Origin: Camelus ferus
Taxonomy: Eukaryota
Direction: 5' to 3'
DNA: 64,000 nt
NCBI RefSeq assembly: GCF_009834535.1
Contig: NC_045696.1
Span: forward strand, 113,896,001-113,960,000
The position numbers and the translations under genes were made by a program. The notes beneath the pieces are model-generated. The model ran no database searches. It worked only from the letters and a program-made list of their open reading frames with translations, and was not told where the DNA came from. Shown one piece after another: positions 21,991-35,399 of this stretch; the first letter of the stretch is position 1, and each line of letters begins with the position of its first letter.

Positions 21991-24004
21991 TATAGTTGGA
22001 CCTTGAAATTTAATACTTCCAATCTCTTCCCTGAAGGTTTATTTATAGTTAAAATTTTGTAGGAAAAGTTATGGTTAAAGGGATATTAACCATACTACTG
22101 CAGAGATCAATATGATATGAATTTCCTATTGATGGCCTGAAATACTTGTTTCTCCTATAAAGCGGAAGGGAAATTTTTGCCAAATGTTAAAACCACGTGA
22201 TGGCTGAAGTTTAAATTAACTTTTCAATAAGTATCTTGATTCCCCATCTATAATGCAATACTTTCTCCAGTGTGTCAGGTTTTTTCCTTAAAATTCCCAT
22301 CAAATTGCCAAGAGTCACCTGCATCCACGGATTTGGCCAAATGTCGTTTGGGCAGAACTGCAGCGTTTACTATGGAAAAATCCTGGTGTTGAAGTGGACC
22401 CACACCGGGCAACCCTGTGCTGTTCATGGGTCAGCTCTACTGCCTTTTCCTCTTCCACACACCTAAGAGCACATTCATCAGGGAGTAGCCATAAGGCTAC
22501 TTCTAGAAAGTATTCAGCCCAAGGGTCCTTATATTCTATGTCCTATTAACACTTGACAGTCAAGTTTTGATTTTGGTCTGGGGGTCTATCACAGTCACAG
22601 AAACCACTGTGAGCCACTACTGGTTTTCTCAGAGTCTCCTGTGTACCCCTCTCTTCAGTGTTTTTTGTTGCATTAGTGATGTCGTGCTGGATGTTCAACC
22701 AACACAGACCACCCATCGGATACTTTCACGGTCATCTGTCTACATGCACCCTCAGACAGAGACGGGGCAGAGAAGCGAGGACGCAGCACAATCCACCTTC
22801 CATTACTCTTGAGAAAGTAAAGTCCGTGCTTGGAACTGCAGCCCAACACATAACACCACCAGAATCGTCGTTTTCAATCATGAAACATGATGAGAACCAC
22901 ATCCATTATAGTGTAATACTCATTAATTGGCTTTGGGTATGTGGCTACTCAGATCTGATGACCTCCTTCAAAAGCAGAAATGAAGCATGACTCCAAACAC
23001 AAGGGCCTGCTCTTTGAGTCACGGGAAAATCATTCATGGTTTCTGAGAGCATGATTTCTAACCCCTGAGGGAAATCCATCGAGAGCTAATATAACCCTGT
23101 GTATTTACTTGCTTGTGTTGGAGATTAAATCCCAATAAAGACAAACAACAAAGAGTGACAAGCATCTTCCAAGGAACAAGTGTACTCCTAAAGGAGATGA
23201 AAGTGAAACTATAGTGTTGGCAAAACTCTGGTAGTTTTTGTGAACTATGACTCTCAGAAACAGGCCATGGGGCCCAGCTGGGTTCTGCTCCAGGGAGCAG
23301 TTTTCACTGTCACCTGCACTTGGTTCCCAGTGTCCAACTCCGGTGTTAAATTGGAAAAAGTTCATTTCTAATTCAGGTTCTGTATCTCTTACCATAAAGA
23401 TTTATGACCTACAAGAGGCAACCAACAGAGTCCCACAGCTGAACAGATCCAAGGCCTTCAAGGGCTGGCACGCTGACCAGCTCTGCGCTCACGTCTAACT
23501 GGGCTGGGAAGACTGCAGCGGGACCAAACTCGCTGCCTGTGCATTATGTAAATATTTAGATGTCCAGTGTGATCCAGGTCTAATGATTTTCCCAAATAAA
23601 TTCTATCCATTTTTTGACAAATGAAGTATCTAACCCAAATCAATACTAAATGGCCTTCCTTTGAAAACATTTTATTAGCACACCCAAAAAACTTTATTTC
23701 TTTACAGACACTGCAAGAGACTGATTACTTGATCTTGGGGCCATAAAGAGATATCCTATCAAGCTTCAAATAATCCTTTTCCAACAAGTATTTATTTATA
23801 GTCTGTTTCTAAATGGCTTTGCCTCACTTAAATACAGAGTTGTAAGCAGAATTAGTTCAGTGTTTTGTTACAAAGAAACTGATGCTGTGCTAGTGTATTT
23901 CAACAGATTTTTTTTTTTAAATCAAGGTTAGACTGTATGTAGAGTACTTCCATGTATGCAGAGCCCCAGAATCAGGTGAGGACCCTATCTAACCCCTCTC
24001 TATA

Positions 24005-24186
24005 CCCAGGTTCGGAATCTCCCAGCCAGGGGCTCCTTTGAAACTTGCATAAAAGATGCCACTTGATATCCACCACGCACCCCCCCCCAAAAAGCACATA
24101 CACGTATACATGCAAATTTCTGTATTAATTTGAGAAGGTTCCCATATCCACCAAAGGTTCTATAAACTTCAAATTAAGAACTGCTG
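24005..24186. mobile_element. Probable hAT-Charlie MITE
   Basis: Ends with AAATTAAGAACTGCTG; CCAAAGGTTCTATAAAC motif. Confidence 0.4.
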
Positions 24187-24299
24187 AAGCAAGATTATTA
24201 CAAAATCAGAAATCTTTGGAAAACAATTTTTTTTTTATGTTTCTATATTATTGGTAATTTCTTCCAAGAGGGGTGAGGGGAGGCAGAGATAAAACACTT

Positions 24300-24505
24300 G
24301 AAATTCTTAGGTTTTACATGAGATGTATAATGAAACTTAAGAGTGTAATCGCATGAGGACTGGAATCTTCTTCAAAATACTCGACATAAAAAGACAGAGG
24401 AAATAGTACACCAAAAGCTGATGGTAATGAAAGCTAGTAGGTACCTGGGCTTTAACTCCCCACTTCAGTGTATGTTTGGACATTTTCACAATTACAAGTT
24501 TAAAG
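24300..24505 (+). mobile_element. Old L1M 3' end fragment
   Basis: GAGATGTATAATGAAAC..CTGGAATCTTCTTCAAAATACTC...GTATGTTTGGACATTTTCACAAT. Confidence 0.55.
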
Positions 24506-25509
24506 CTTTTCAAAAAGAACCCCCCAGGTAATCAAGACATCAAGATGCTAAGACGTAATTAATTTTACATTGGTGGACCCCAAGATGCTAGCTATGGTCA
24601 CAGACCAAAAGAATAGACAAGTCGACAACTAGGGTTGTTTCCATTGTTCCAGGATGTCTCAGATCACACCCAAGTCTTTAAGTTCTTTCCAAAAGAAAAA
24701 CAGAAGAAACCTGACAGGTTAGTTTTGGATAAAGTCTCCTGGAATGAGGGAGGGAGGGACGGGGGAGGAGGAGGAAGAGGAGAAAGAAGCTAAATAAACA
24801 CGCATCGTGGCCAGTCCTCTTTCGCCGGCTACTCTGAATGTCAGGGCTCCCCTGAGAGAAAGAAAGAATATACCACCTTGACAACATCATTTGTAGAATA
24901 TCTTTGGCATGTGAAACTGAAGAAAAATATGTCTCCAAAACAACTGGGGAAATTTGGAAGAAAACAGCCCAAGAATTCAAAATGTGACTAAGCATGGCTG
25001 CTTTAAGCTTTGGAATGGTCTTTCCTGCTGACCTTTACCCCCTGTGAGGGCACTGGCTTTATAAAGAAGCTATGCCAAGAGAGATAAGTGAATTAAATCG
25101 AGTACTCGGTGGCATGGTTTGGCAGGCAATTCATCATCAGGGAAGTCTCAAGTACTGCTGGCTGAATTTTAAAGCATTTTCTCCAATAAGGCTGGACATG
25201 TGTGCCTCTAGGCACACAGATGTTCTTTAACTTGGCAGGAGAACTGTTTCCTCATTCCATCTCTCTTACAGTCAACTCAATTAACATGGTCACAGAAGAC
25301 AGGGTTAGCAGGGATAACCACATGGACACTTTCAAGAAAACTCATTTTAACCGTTAGTTTCAATCTCCTCTTTAACCAAAAGCTTTAATTTAGCAACCTA
25401 TAAATCATCAAATTTATTTATTTGAGCTTTATTATGCCTTGTTACCCTGTAGTTTCAACTGAATGTGTAATCATAATATTATTAAAAATTTTAACTAAAT
25501 GAGTTCTTT

Positions 25510-25680
25510 AAATGTTTTATCATTTTCCCCCAATAATCTTATAAATGAGGCATTATTCTTACCATTTTACAGATACGGAGATGGAAGCTTGTTCAGAGAG
25601 TCAAGTGGATCAGTGTGAGTTTATACAAGCAGAAGGAACAGAGCCAGGACATGAACCCAGCTCACCCTGACCTGCCCTCT
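25510..25680 (-). mobile_element. MIR SINE
   Basis: CCATTTTACAGATACGGAGATGGAAGCT..CAGAGCCAGGACATGAACCCAG. Confidence 0.75.
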
Positions 25681-26003
25681 CTAGGATGCTGCCTCATTTC
25701 CACAAAGATGGAAGAAACAAAAAAGGAATCAAAAAAGAAGGGCAGCGAAAGAAAGACAGAAGGGAACTGGAAAACATACTGCCAAATCTTTATGAACTGC
25801 AGGACCTTGGAAAGACTGTCCAATGCTGGCTTTTTCTTTTTGGTTCCATCTTCCAGGCAGCTGATATAAAACCAGTTCTTCTAAGTGATCCTGTTTTACA
25901 CTCAAGTTAGTATCTTTATTCATTTTTTAAAAAAAGCAAATATATATTGAGACCCTTACTAAGATGATCTTCACGGAGAAAAGTGTCATTAAAAGAGGCT
26001 GAG

Positions 26004-26239
26004 GGGGTGGGGAGGGACAAATTGGGAATTCGAGATTTGCAAATACTATTAACTACTATATGTAAAATAGATAAAAACAAATTTCGTCTGTGTAGCACTG
26101 GGAATTATATTCAATATCTTTGTAGTAGCCTAGAAGGAAAAAGAATATGAAAACAAATATAGGTATGTATATGTATGACTGAAACATTATGCTGTACACC
26201 AGAAATTGACACACTATGACTGTACTTCAATTAAAAAAA
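26004..26239 (+). mobile_element. Short 5'-truncated L1 3' end with poly-A and 13-bp TSD
   Basis: TSD AAAAGAGGCTGAG (25991-26003) / AAAAGAGACTGAG (26240-26252) at a TT|AAAA site; same 3' UTR family as the element at 13.0-13.3 kb. Confidence 0.9.
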
Positions 26240-26335
26240 AAAAGAGACTGAGATTAACAGGGCATTAGTTATAGAAAACTCACAGAAAAGTGACTGACAT
26301 CAGGGACAGCATAACCATGAATTTCTGTTATTTTG

Positions 26336-26486
26336 TTCAAATTTTGTTTTGAGTTTTTGTTTTTGGGAAGGGGGGAGATAATTAGGTTTTTTATTTACTT
26401 ATTTATTTATTTTAACGGAAGTACTGGGGATTGAACCCAGGACCTTGTGCATGCTAAGCATACCACTGAGCTCTACCCTCTCCCCA
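26336..26486 (-). mobile_element. Vic-1-type camelid SINE with perfect 17-bp TSD
   Basis: GTACTGGGGATTGAACCCAGGACCTTGTGCATGCTAAGC..ACCACTGAGCT; TSD GAATTTCTGTTATTTTG at 26319-26335 and 26487-26503. Confidence 0.92.
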
Positions 26487-26994
26487 GAATTTCTGTTATT
26501 TTGATCTAGACTTGAATTGGGGATAAAAGGGTGTCTCCAAATGACAAATTGTGCAAGTTTTTGAATTCTCTAAAATGAATAATACTGAGAACGATAAAAG
26601 TTTCTAAGTTAAGACTGAAGAAAATGGTAAAGATCTGATGGAAGCCCTCAGATGAGTCTACTTCAGACCTGCTTCCTCCTCCTGTGTTCCCATCTCAGCG
26701 GGTACCCTGCAGTTGACAGGCAACCCGCGAAAGCCTGGCCACCTCTCAATGTTTTCACTTTCTTGCCAACTCTTATTGACTTTCTGAATTTTCGAGCAAA
26801 GTCCTTTAACAGAATGCTACAGGGAAAAATAAGTTGAAGAAGTCGTAACTTGGCATAACCATCTGCCAGTACCCAGACTTCCTACAAGCTGGTAAAAACT
26901 GATAATGTGCTATGGTCGAAGATCACCTCTGTGTGTCAGAAGATCTGACTATTGACTGACACTTGTCATTAAGGAGATCTGGGACGTCACTACT

Positions 26995-27190
26995 AAAGAA
27001 AGGCACTGGACACCATGTTAGATGTTTTACATAACCTCATTTCATTCTTACAACTCAATGAGGCAGGAAAAACATTCATGTTTTAAAAAAGGGATACAAA
27101 AGCTCAAAGAGTGAGATGTCTTGCCCAAATTTACAAAGTACCAAGACAGTCGACTTTGGAATTCAGACCTAGATTTGTCCATCACATTAC
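26995..27190 (-). mobile_element. MIR SINE
   Basis: CTCATTTCATTCTTACAACTCAATGAGGCAGG..CTTGCCCAAAT..GGAATTCAGACCTAG. Confidence 0.65.
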
Positions 27191-30139
27191 ACTGTCCCAT
27201 GTGACTTCCCAGCTATAAAATTTTAAAATGAAAACAAACCTAAGGATACCGTATAGAAAACTGCTGCTAGAATCTGCTTCTTAAGAACGCACTGATTATA
27301 AGCAGCATCAACTTCGTCCACACATTATTTCATGTCAGAAAAACACCTGAATACCTGAGTCAAAGTATACAAGCCAGATTTCATAAAACTAACAAAGCGG
27401 CTGAACTAAGCGAAAGAGTGGGAAGTAGACCGTGGTAAACTACTCGTATCTCAGATTCTCCTGCATTCAATATATCCACGATATAATTAGTGCAGAAAAC
27501 TGATGGAAATTTACAGGCAAAGTCTCTCTGCCTGTTGCCATAGGCATACTGAGCACAGACACATTAGGTTTGACAAATATTTGAATGCTAAATTTGGTAA
27601 TTATATTAAACACGGAGCATAAAAATCATGCTTTTTAAACTGCAAAAATGCTGACTTCAAAAAAAAAATCTGTGCAAAACAAAGTACTTGGGACCACCAC
27701 AAACTCACTTACAAAACAAAATGAAACAAAAAGAAAACCAATAGACAGTTTTAACCCATTACTTGTTCAACTCCAAATACTGTATTTCTAATAGTCGCTC
27801 AAGTGATCTTTTCATCAAATAACAAGAAAAAACAGACTCAGCTCAATGGAGGAACAACTGGTTTATGTGATAAAGAATGACGGTAAGCCTGTGGGTAAGT
27901 CTAAGGTAATTACAGAAACAGTCCATTGGTTTGCACATTTATTTTTGATGCATGGATGTCATGTAGAGTTAGGTGGGGAGGGAGGGGCAGGAAGAGTAGT
28001 TCAAATACTGGCATCAAATCTTACTGCAGTCATATAAAAAGCCAATGTTCGATGAATACCAATAAGATTTTCCTCATATGCTATTCCAACATGCAGAATT
28101 TCCTTACTACTGAGTTTATTAAGAAACAAATTTATTGCATGTGTGCACGTGTGTTTGCATATGCGCGTGTGCGCATGGAATCCAACACCATTCTCTTAGA
28201 AAGTAATGTCAGAGGAGTGGAATCCAAAGATTAGGGCCATGGGCTCTGTTTCTGAAACATAGTCACTAGGACTCCGCATCCAGCTCATGCATATGACTGC
28301 AAAGAAAATGCAGCAGCTGTGAGACAAGGCAGGAAGAAAGAGACACAGAGAAGCAAGAATGAGACCTGCACCAGTGGTCCGCTTTTGGTTACTTATGGGG
28401 CCGATTCTCCCTCCTGGCTGCAAGTAGAGAGTGCTTTTTGTTTGTTCTCTTTGTTTATTTTTAAAGTCACTACTATCCCACTATGCCATTTATCACATAT
28501 AATTACTGAAGGTTTAACACGCTGATAACAGAATTCTGCTCCATCGCTGCAGTGTTACTCCACTGGAAGCTAAATATGTGTATTCAGAACCAACAAAGAA
28601 CTCTTCATTACAGTGTGGTATGATCTGACATCCACAATTTACAAACAACTGAACGAAACACAAGGTTGGATTTTCAAACTAGACCTTGGCAATTAATGGT
28701 ACAAGACTCAGTTTACTAGATTCCAGAGAAGTAAAACTGAAGATGTTGGAAAGATGTGCTATTTTTATCTGCTTCTGACAGTCACTGCAGCAGCCATGAA
28801 ACCTTGCCTACAGGTATTTCTCTGAATGTTTAGATCAAGTACAATCAGGCGCAAGTGGTAACTATACAAAAATGATTACACAGATTCAAGACATTAAACT
28901 CATTTTAGTTTCATTAAATTTTTGATCAACTTTGCCTAATTTTACTAAAAATTTTTGTTAATTCAATTCTGACTAAGTATAAACCATTTACGTAGCAAAG
29001 TCCAATACCTCCCAGCACATCAGACTGCCATCGTTCCTTACTTTTTGAAAGAAGCATCCAATTTGCACCTGTGGCCACCACGCACCCTGCTGATCACGCA
29101 GCCCTGAGCCCTTCAAGCTTGAGGCACGTCGAGGGTGGCTGGGCTCTACCACATCCAAGCTGTGGGCATCAGATTAAGGCCACAAGCTCATTATGAGCCT
29201 TCAACTGACAGTCACAACCACTAAAGCTCTTGTGCTGCATCCAGTGGCAGGGGTCCTGGAAAGTTACTGAAATCAGAAGGAGCCTTTGTGCTATTGCTAA
29301 TGCACGTCCATTCAAAAGCATATAACTAGAATACTGACTTTATTTCATACATTGTAATCCTAATGACATCACAGCGATATACCTAGAGACAAATGTCAGA
29401 TAAAATTATTTTTTTCTATTCTGTATCTAATGAAAGAAGGTCTTATTATATGTGTATATAGATATGTGATCTATCTATCTATATATATTTTTTTCTGTCT
29501 GCAAAGGATATCCAAACTAAAAACGGTTGAAAATCTTCAGAACAGTGTAGCTAAAATAACTAATGTATTCTTGAAATACAAAGTATCAGCTTCTGGACTT
29601 AAGTTCCTAAAACATTTTCTAAACATTATCAATCCTGACCCTTACCTAGGACTCATTTTTTTAAGGAGTACCCATTAATGTTTAGTGAAACTAGAAAATG
29701 TGAAAATTGTTCTGGTCAAGATGGCTTTCCAGCCAGTGTTGGTGTACTTGATTTGGAAGTACTAGTGGTTTCCAGGTAGGAGCACTGTCCTGGGCTGACA
29801 CCGCTCGGACACTGCTGTGTGATTCCCTAGTCTTGTTCTAAATTTATGTTCTTTGCCAATAAAAATAGTGTAAGTTATCAAGGAAGGGGCCTAGAGTGAC
29901 AAGTGGGAGAAATAAAACTAAGATTGGAAGCCAGTTTCCATGGCATATAATGGACTTCTTTGGCTGTGTCCTAGTATTTGCACAAGCGAAGAAGAGATGA
30001 TTTTGAGGGATAAAGGGGACAGGAAGTGAAGGTTAAGAATAGTATAGACTCCTCGCAGCCTGGGAGCTAGGAGGACAGGTTTTAGATTCCATCTGACCAG
30101 AGCGCAAATAAAATTCGATTTCCCCCCTACTCTGTAGAT

Positions 30140-30325
30140 ATGTGATCTTACATGAATGGATTCTCTCTTGAGCCTCAGTTTTCTCATCTGAAAAATGGGG
30201 ATGACGATATTTACCTCGCTGCATTGTGAGAATTAAACTGGATAATAGATGGTAAAATGCTTAGCAGAGTGCTTGGCACATAGTAAAATCAGTCAATAAA
30301 CAGTAGCTGCTCCTAGTATTATTAT
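30140..30325 (+). mobile_element. MIR SINE
   Basis: GAGCCTCAGTTTTCTCATCTGAAAAATGGGGATGA...GTGCTTGGCACATAGTAA. Confidence 0.9.
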
Positions 30326-30349
30326 TTGATTACTTTCATCCATACTTCT

Positions 30350-30800
30350 TTCCCAGCCTACAAAGCCTTTCATGACTTACTAATCCCTCCTCACTGCCCT
30401 GGGCTCATCCTGGACCATCTTTTCACCATACTCCAGCCACTTCGTTTTCCTTCTGTTACCTGATCCTGCCTTACAGTCTCTGCACTAGTTCCTCTACCTA
30501 GAATGTTCTTCCCAAAGATATTAACATGATTCCTTCTAAGACAACCAGGCTACAGCTTAAATATCACTTCCTGAGAGAGGGCCTTGCTCACCATCACTCT
30601 AAGGGAACACGAATCACTCTCCAGCAGAACCCTATCTTAACTGTCTACAGAGCAGAGTCACATCTGATGTTTCCTCGTGCGTGTTTTTGTTGAGTACTCT
30701 CTCTCTTGCCACACTAAAATATAAATTGAGCAAGAACAGAGACGTCCACAACTGAATCTCTAGTACGCAGAACTAGTTCTAAGTACTAGTGTAAAAAGGA
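30350..30800 (+). mobile_element. L2 fragment
   Basis: ACTCCAGCCAC..GTTCCTCTACCTAGAATGTTCTTCCC..CAGCTTAAATATCACTTCCTGAGAGAGG. Confidence 0.8.
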
Positions 30801-31508
30801 AGGAAGGGAGGAGGCAAAAAAGGAGTAGGTGACAGGAGGGAGGGAGAGAGGGAAGGCAAGAGACCTGAGGCTGTAAAAAAGTGAACTGGAGGCTTTAAAG
30901 GTTACTACAATTTGGTAGGGGACCTGGTTTTCTACCTAAGTGGACATGACGTGAATTCCCGTACTGACGGCAGCACTGAAAGGCATGGTCTGATGTACAC
31001 ACATACACACGCCCCACGTCCACACGTGCACACATGCAGGTTCATCTATGCCCTTCTCCGGCCACGTGCACATCTCAGGATGAGCCCTGAGAGTGAACTG
31101 CGAGCCATACGCTCCAACCGACAGGACCTGGCACCTCCTCGCTATAAGTTTTCCTCATCTATAAATTAAATGGCTCACTGTATTCCTTTTTGTCTGTTTT
31201 CTGTTATGACTAAGTGTGGTTTATTAGGCAAACAGATTACTCAAGAATCCTAATCGGTAGGAATGTTTATGTCTTTTCTAATGGGAACATGATTTCCCAA
31301 CTTTGGTATTCTGTCAAATCTCTTTATTTTGTAAAATATAAGCTCAGAATCTCTCCAAAACTATATTAGCGGGGGTGCATAAAACTTTATCAGCAGCATT
31401 CTGTTTTATCAATGGAATGGTAAGAGTTCAAATAGAAATGGGTTGCCCTTTTCATTCTCTGAAGTATTAGAATGTTCAAGAGAAGGGAATAATTTTAAAA
31501 GCACTCAC

Positions 31509-31594
31509 CCCTCTGTGTAGCAGAGTAAGGACTGTAATTCTCAACTCAAGTGCCAAACAAGGATGCAATTAACTTCAGCAAAGGGAGAAAGAGC
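31509..31594 (-). other. Weak candidate exon
   Basis: Donor GGG|gtgagt; acceptor ambiguous (caatttctag|G at 31594 or tctccctttgctgaag at 31572). Confidence 0.25.
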
Positions 31595-32689
31595 CTAGAA
31601 ATTGTCTATATAATGTTTTATCTTTCAGTTTCACACTAGCAATATGTTAACGTAAATTAATGTACTTCATGATGCAAAAAGTGAACAGTAAATTATAACA
31701 TAAAGGTTCGGCCTGGCAGGAGAAGAAAACTGAGTTGTGCACATGGTTTTGTAAATAATTTGAATTGGTTTTTATAGGCTAAGTTTTTAATTTTCATTAA
31801 GGTTTTAATTTCATTTTATTAAGAAGAAAAAGTTTGTATTCTACTAGTTCTCTCATAATTACACGAATAGTTAGTTAATAAAGCATTTAACATGAAATTT
31901 GTGTTTCTGGGACTTGATCTCAAGGTTTCAATCCAGACCACTTAAAAGAAATAAGACGCATCATCCACGTTAAGGTGTTGGCTATAAAACTCTATGCCTT
32001 CAGAATTTCTTGAAACTTCCTGGGAAAAAGACCACATTTCTAATAGTTTTCAGAAAACTTACTCTACTGGTAAAGAAGTAAAAAATAAAACTAGTGAAAT
32101 ACCATTCTGCCGACAACGTAGAGGTGAGGCGAAAATGTTCACGTCAGCACCCATCCCTTTAACATACACTCCTCTACCGAGTTCTCCAGAGGTACACAGG
32201 GAAAAAGGGAAATTTGTCTTCTCAACTTTTCCAGTCTGAAGCTGTCACTATCAGGTCTCTCCTAGGACCTGAATTCTTAGGTTCTTGGGGATATGCCAGC
32301 CATTCCCAAAGAGGGACAGAGCAGGGAGACCAAGACAATGAGATCAGACACTCCAGAGCACAGCGAATATTTTGGCAAAAAACAGGTGGTGTTGAGGAAA
32401 CCTACTTCCCAAGTTTCTTCAGTGCTCATTTAACCAACACAAACTAATAAAGGGAGAAGTGCCTGCAGGATACTCCAAATTCTGATGTTACAGAAATGAC
32501 CCAGAAGAAAAATGGACAGTGTTTATCATTCTAGAAAGATTATGGTCAACGGAATATTTTTCCAATCCACACAAGGGACTATGTTTGTGTGGCCAACATA
32601 TCCTCAAATGAATGGAAGTAATGATGTCTGAGAATGGAAAAGGAAAACGCCATTTCCTGGCATCAGGAGCTTAAAGAAACCATTACATT

Positions 32690-33160
32690 TAAATATTCAT
32701 CAACAGCAGAACAGATGAATAAAATGTGTTACATTTATAAATGGAATACAACGTAAATTAAATGAACAAGCTCCAATTCCATACAACACAGATGAATCTT
32801 AAAAACAATGTACAAAGAAGCCAGATACCCAGGTACAGTGTGTGATTTCACAAATGTAGTTCAAAAATAGATAAAGAATTATAACGCTTAGCAATGCACA
32901 CGAGACGGCAAAACTGTGAAGAAAAGTCGGGAAGTGATTATCATAAAAGTCAGGACAGTGTGGTTGCCTTTGGGGAGAGAGAAGGGGAGAGACTAGGAAA
33001 AAGAAGGTGGAGGATTTCTGGGGTGAGGGGAGCTGGCAAAGTTCTAATTCCTGGTCTGGGTGGTGGTTACTGGGTGTCCACTTTATGATAATTCATTATG
33101 CCACACATGTATATTGTCTTCACTTTTCTAAATATGTTATCATTTTTTAAAAGTTAAAAA
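32690..33160 (+). mobile_element. L1ME-type 3' end
   Basis: ATATTCATCAACAGCAGAACAGATGAATAAAATGTG...CATAAAAGTCAGGACAGTGTGGTTGCCTTTGGGG. Confidence 0.8.
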
Positions 33161-33684
33161 AGGTTTACTAACAAAGATTTACTAATAGTTATTTGTAGTC
33201 ACCATCTTGCTACAGAGCCCGCACTGCCTTTTATAATTTAGCCATTCCATATGTATAAAGTTGGTAATGACAACGAGGTCTTCCATTTCCTGTGTGTTCT
33301 CCCACAAAGAGGAACAAAATGCTTCGTAAGTATGCAGAACGAACTTATTTTACCTGACATTCATTCATCACAGAACTACATGATCATATACGGCAAGCCT
33401 GAGGGTCTGAGGACCGAGGTTCCCATCATTCATGACCTCTGGATCTGCAGGTGGGAATAACCATTCTCTGGGGAAGGTGGAGCGAGGTCGTGCGAGCTAG
33501 CGCCTCTCACACGGGGTGGCACAGCACATGCACTAACCTCTCCCTACAGCCGACAGCACACTGTGGTTTCCACCTTTCCATCTCCTGCTCTCTACTCCCA
33601 CTGGGCTGCGACCACATCTCCAGCACCACGACTGCCTGTAGCAGGCATGAAGTAATAAAAGTGATGTTTGTTATCATCAGGGAT

Positions 33685-33915
33685 AGTAATAACTAACATT
33701 TACTGAGTGCTTTCTACGTGCCAAACATTGTTCTAACTACTTTACATGCAGTATTATCTTTATTCCTATGAAAAAGTAAGTATTCTCTCCACTTTATAGA
33801 CAAACTGAAGCACAGAAAGGTTAGGTAGCTTGCCTGAGGTCGCACAGATAGAAAATGGCAGGTCTAGGACCCTGGCTCAGGTCTACTGATCGCCTAGATT
33901 CTTCAGACCACACTC
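33685..33915 (-). mobile_element. MIR SINE
   Basis: AACTAACATTTACTGAGTGCTTTCTACGTGCCA...AACTGAAGCACAGAAAGGTTAGGTAGCTTGCCTGAGGTCGCACAG. Confidence 0.85.
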
Positions 33916-35399
33916 TTTCCTCTAAATCCCACTAAATTACACCATGAGACCTCAGGACAGTAAATCCTAACTGAGACTTTATAAAGAAATAAATGCCTGA
34001 AAATAGGAAGGTGAGAACCTTAACATTGGCCCAAGTTTCAAGGTTTAAACCAAATCTTGAGATATTCTACCTTCTGGCAATGTTTGTCTATAAACTCATA
34101 GGTGAACACCTGCTATATACAAGAATAAACTATTATAATTACAGCCACTATACTAATTGTGAGTTGACTAAATACAGGAAGCACTGAAAAGTTTTTAAAA
34201 GCACAGTAATCGAAAGAAGAGAACTCTTCAAAACACAGAGGTGATGGTTAATTTGAACACACATTATATTTAGAAGAGTAATGTAAGAAAATCTTCCAAA
34301 TTTACCAGTAAGCTGTGGATAATGAATATGCTAGTAACTCAGGTGATTTAATTAAGTTGCAGGAAATTCAATTTCATTGCATTCACTTGTATACTTAGTA
34401 AAGCTATAATCAAATTAAAAACACTCTCTTGAATTTTGCTTTGAAAGTCATGCCCTTGGCTGTGAAGCAGTTCTCACACACCTGGACTGAGAGAAGGGGC
34501 AGCACTGACACCCAGTCTCCTCTCTGGTCTGGTAGGTCACCACAGAACACATGAACAGAGAGAAAACTGACTAAGCTCTTCTTGGCATTAGAAGCTAAAG
34601 AAGACTTTGGCTTCATTCTTAAACAAATGAAAAAAAAGAGGTATGACTCCCAAAATGTGGATGAGGGAGGGAGTCAGGGTGAGGAGGCAACAAACCACAA
34701 GAATGACTAAGCTCAGAAGTCACCTTGTCTGAGAAATTAATTTTACTCCCATTCACCCAAATACACAGTGAGTCCTGTGCAAGATAAGCCTCTCAGAGAA
34801 CGTGGATGATTTATAGGCGGTTTATTGTAATGTTCCAGAACCTACTTAACGTGTTTTAAACAAATTAAGTACTTCTTACCACCCTAGAACCAAAAGGAAG
34901 AAACAGACACCCGCTGCCTGTCTCTGCGGTCTCAGAGGGATGCATTGGGTGGCTGTCGGGAAACGGCAGCACTAGCATCCAGATTTACTGCTGCCTGGCC
35001 CTCCGTCTTCTGTTGTTTGGTTTGTCCTTAAGAGGACAGTTGCGAGGCATCGAGGCAGTTCTCTGCACGCCTTGTAAAGCAGCAGCGGCTCCTCCCCGAC
35101 CAGGGCTCCCCACCCCAAGCCTCACCGTCACCAGGGCAGCAGTTCACTCACGTAAATGGTCCTTCTCCCCTCTCCTGCTGTTTCCAAACTGGAGGGCCTT
35201 CCCCCCACTGTCCTGATTCTTCCCAGGGTCTACACCAAGGGCTTAATTACTGGGCTCAACTGTTTTATCTGATTCATAGTCCATGGTAATATTAGTAAAA
35301 TCAAAGCAATTCTGGGGCTCATCACCTCAATCCAACAAAAGACTGGGCTGACTGGAGGCTGGGCTAAAGACCTTCTGGGTATGGTGTTACCCTTTGGGG

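Noticed and set aside
22886..22957. C/D box snoRNA (ATGATGA ... CTGA, about 72 nt)
   Set aside because: No adjacent terminal stem, no recognised rRNA/snRNA antisense guide, and opposite to the inferred transcription strand
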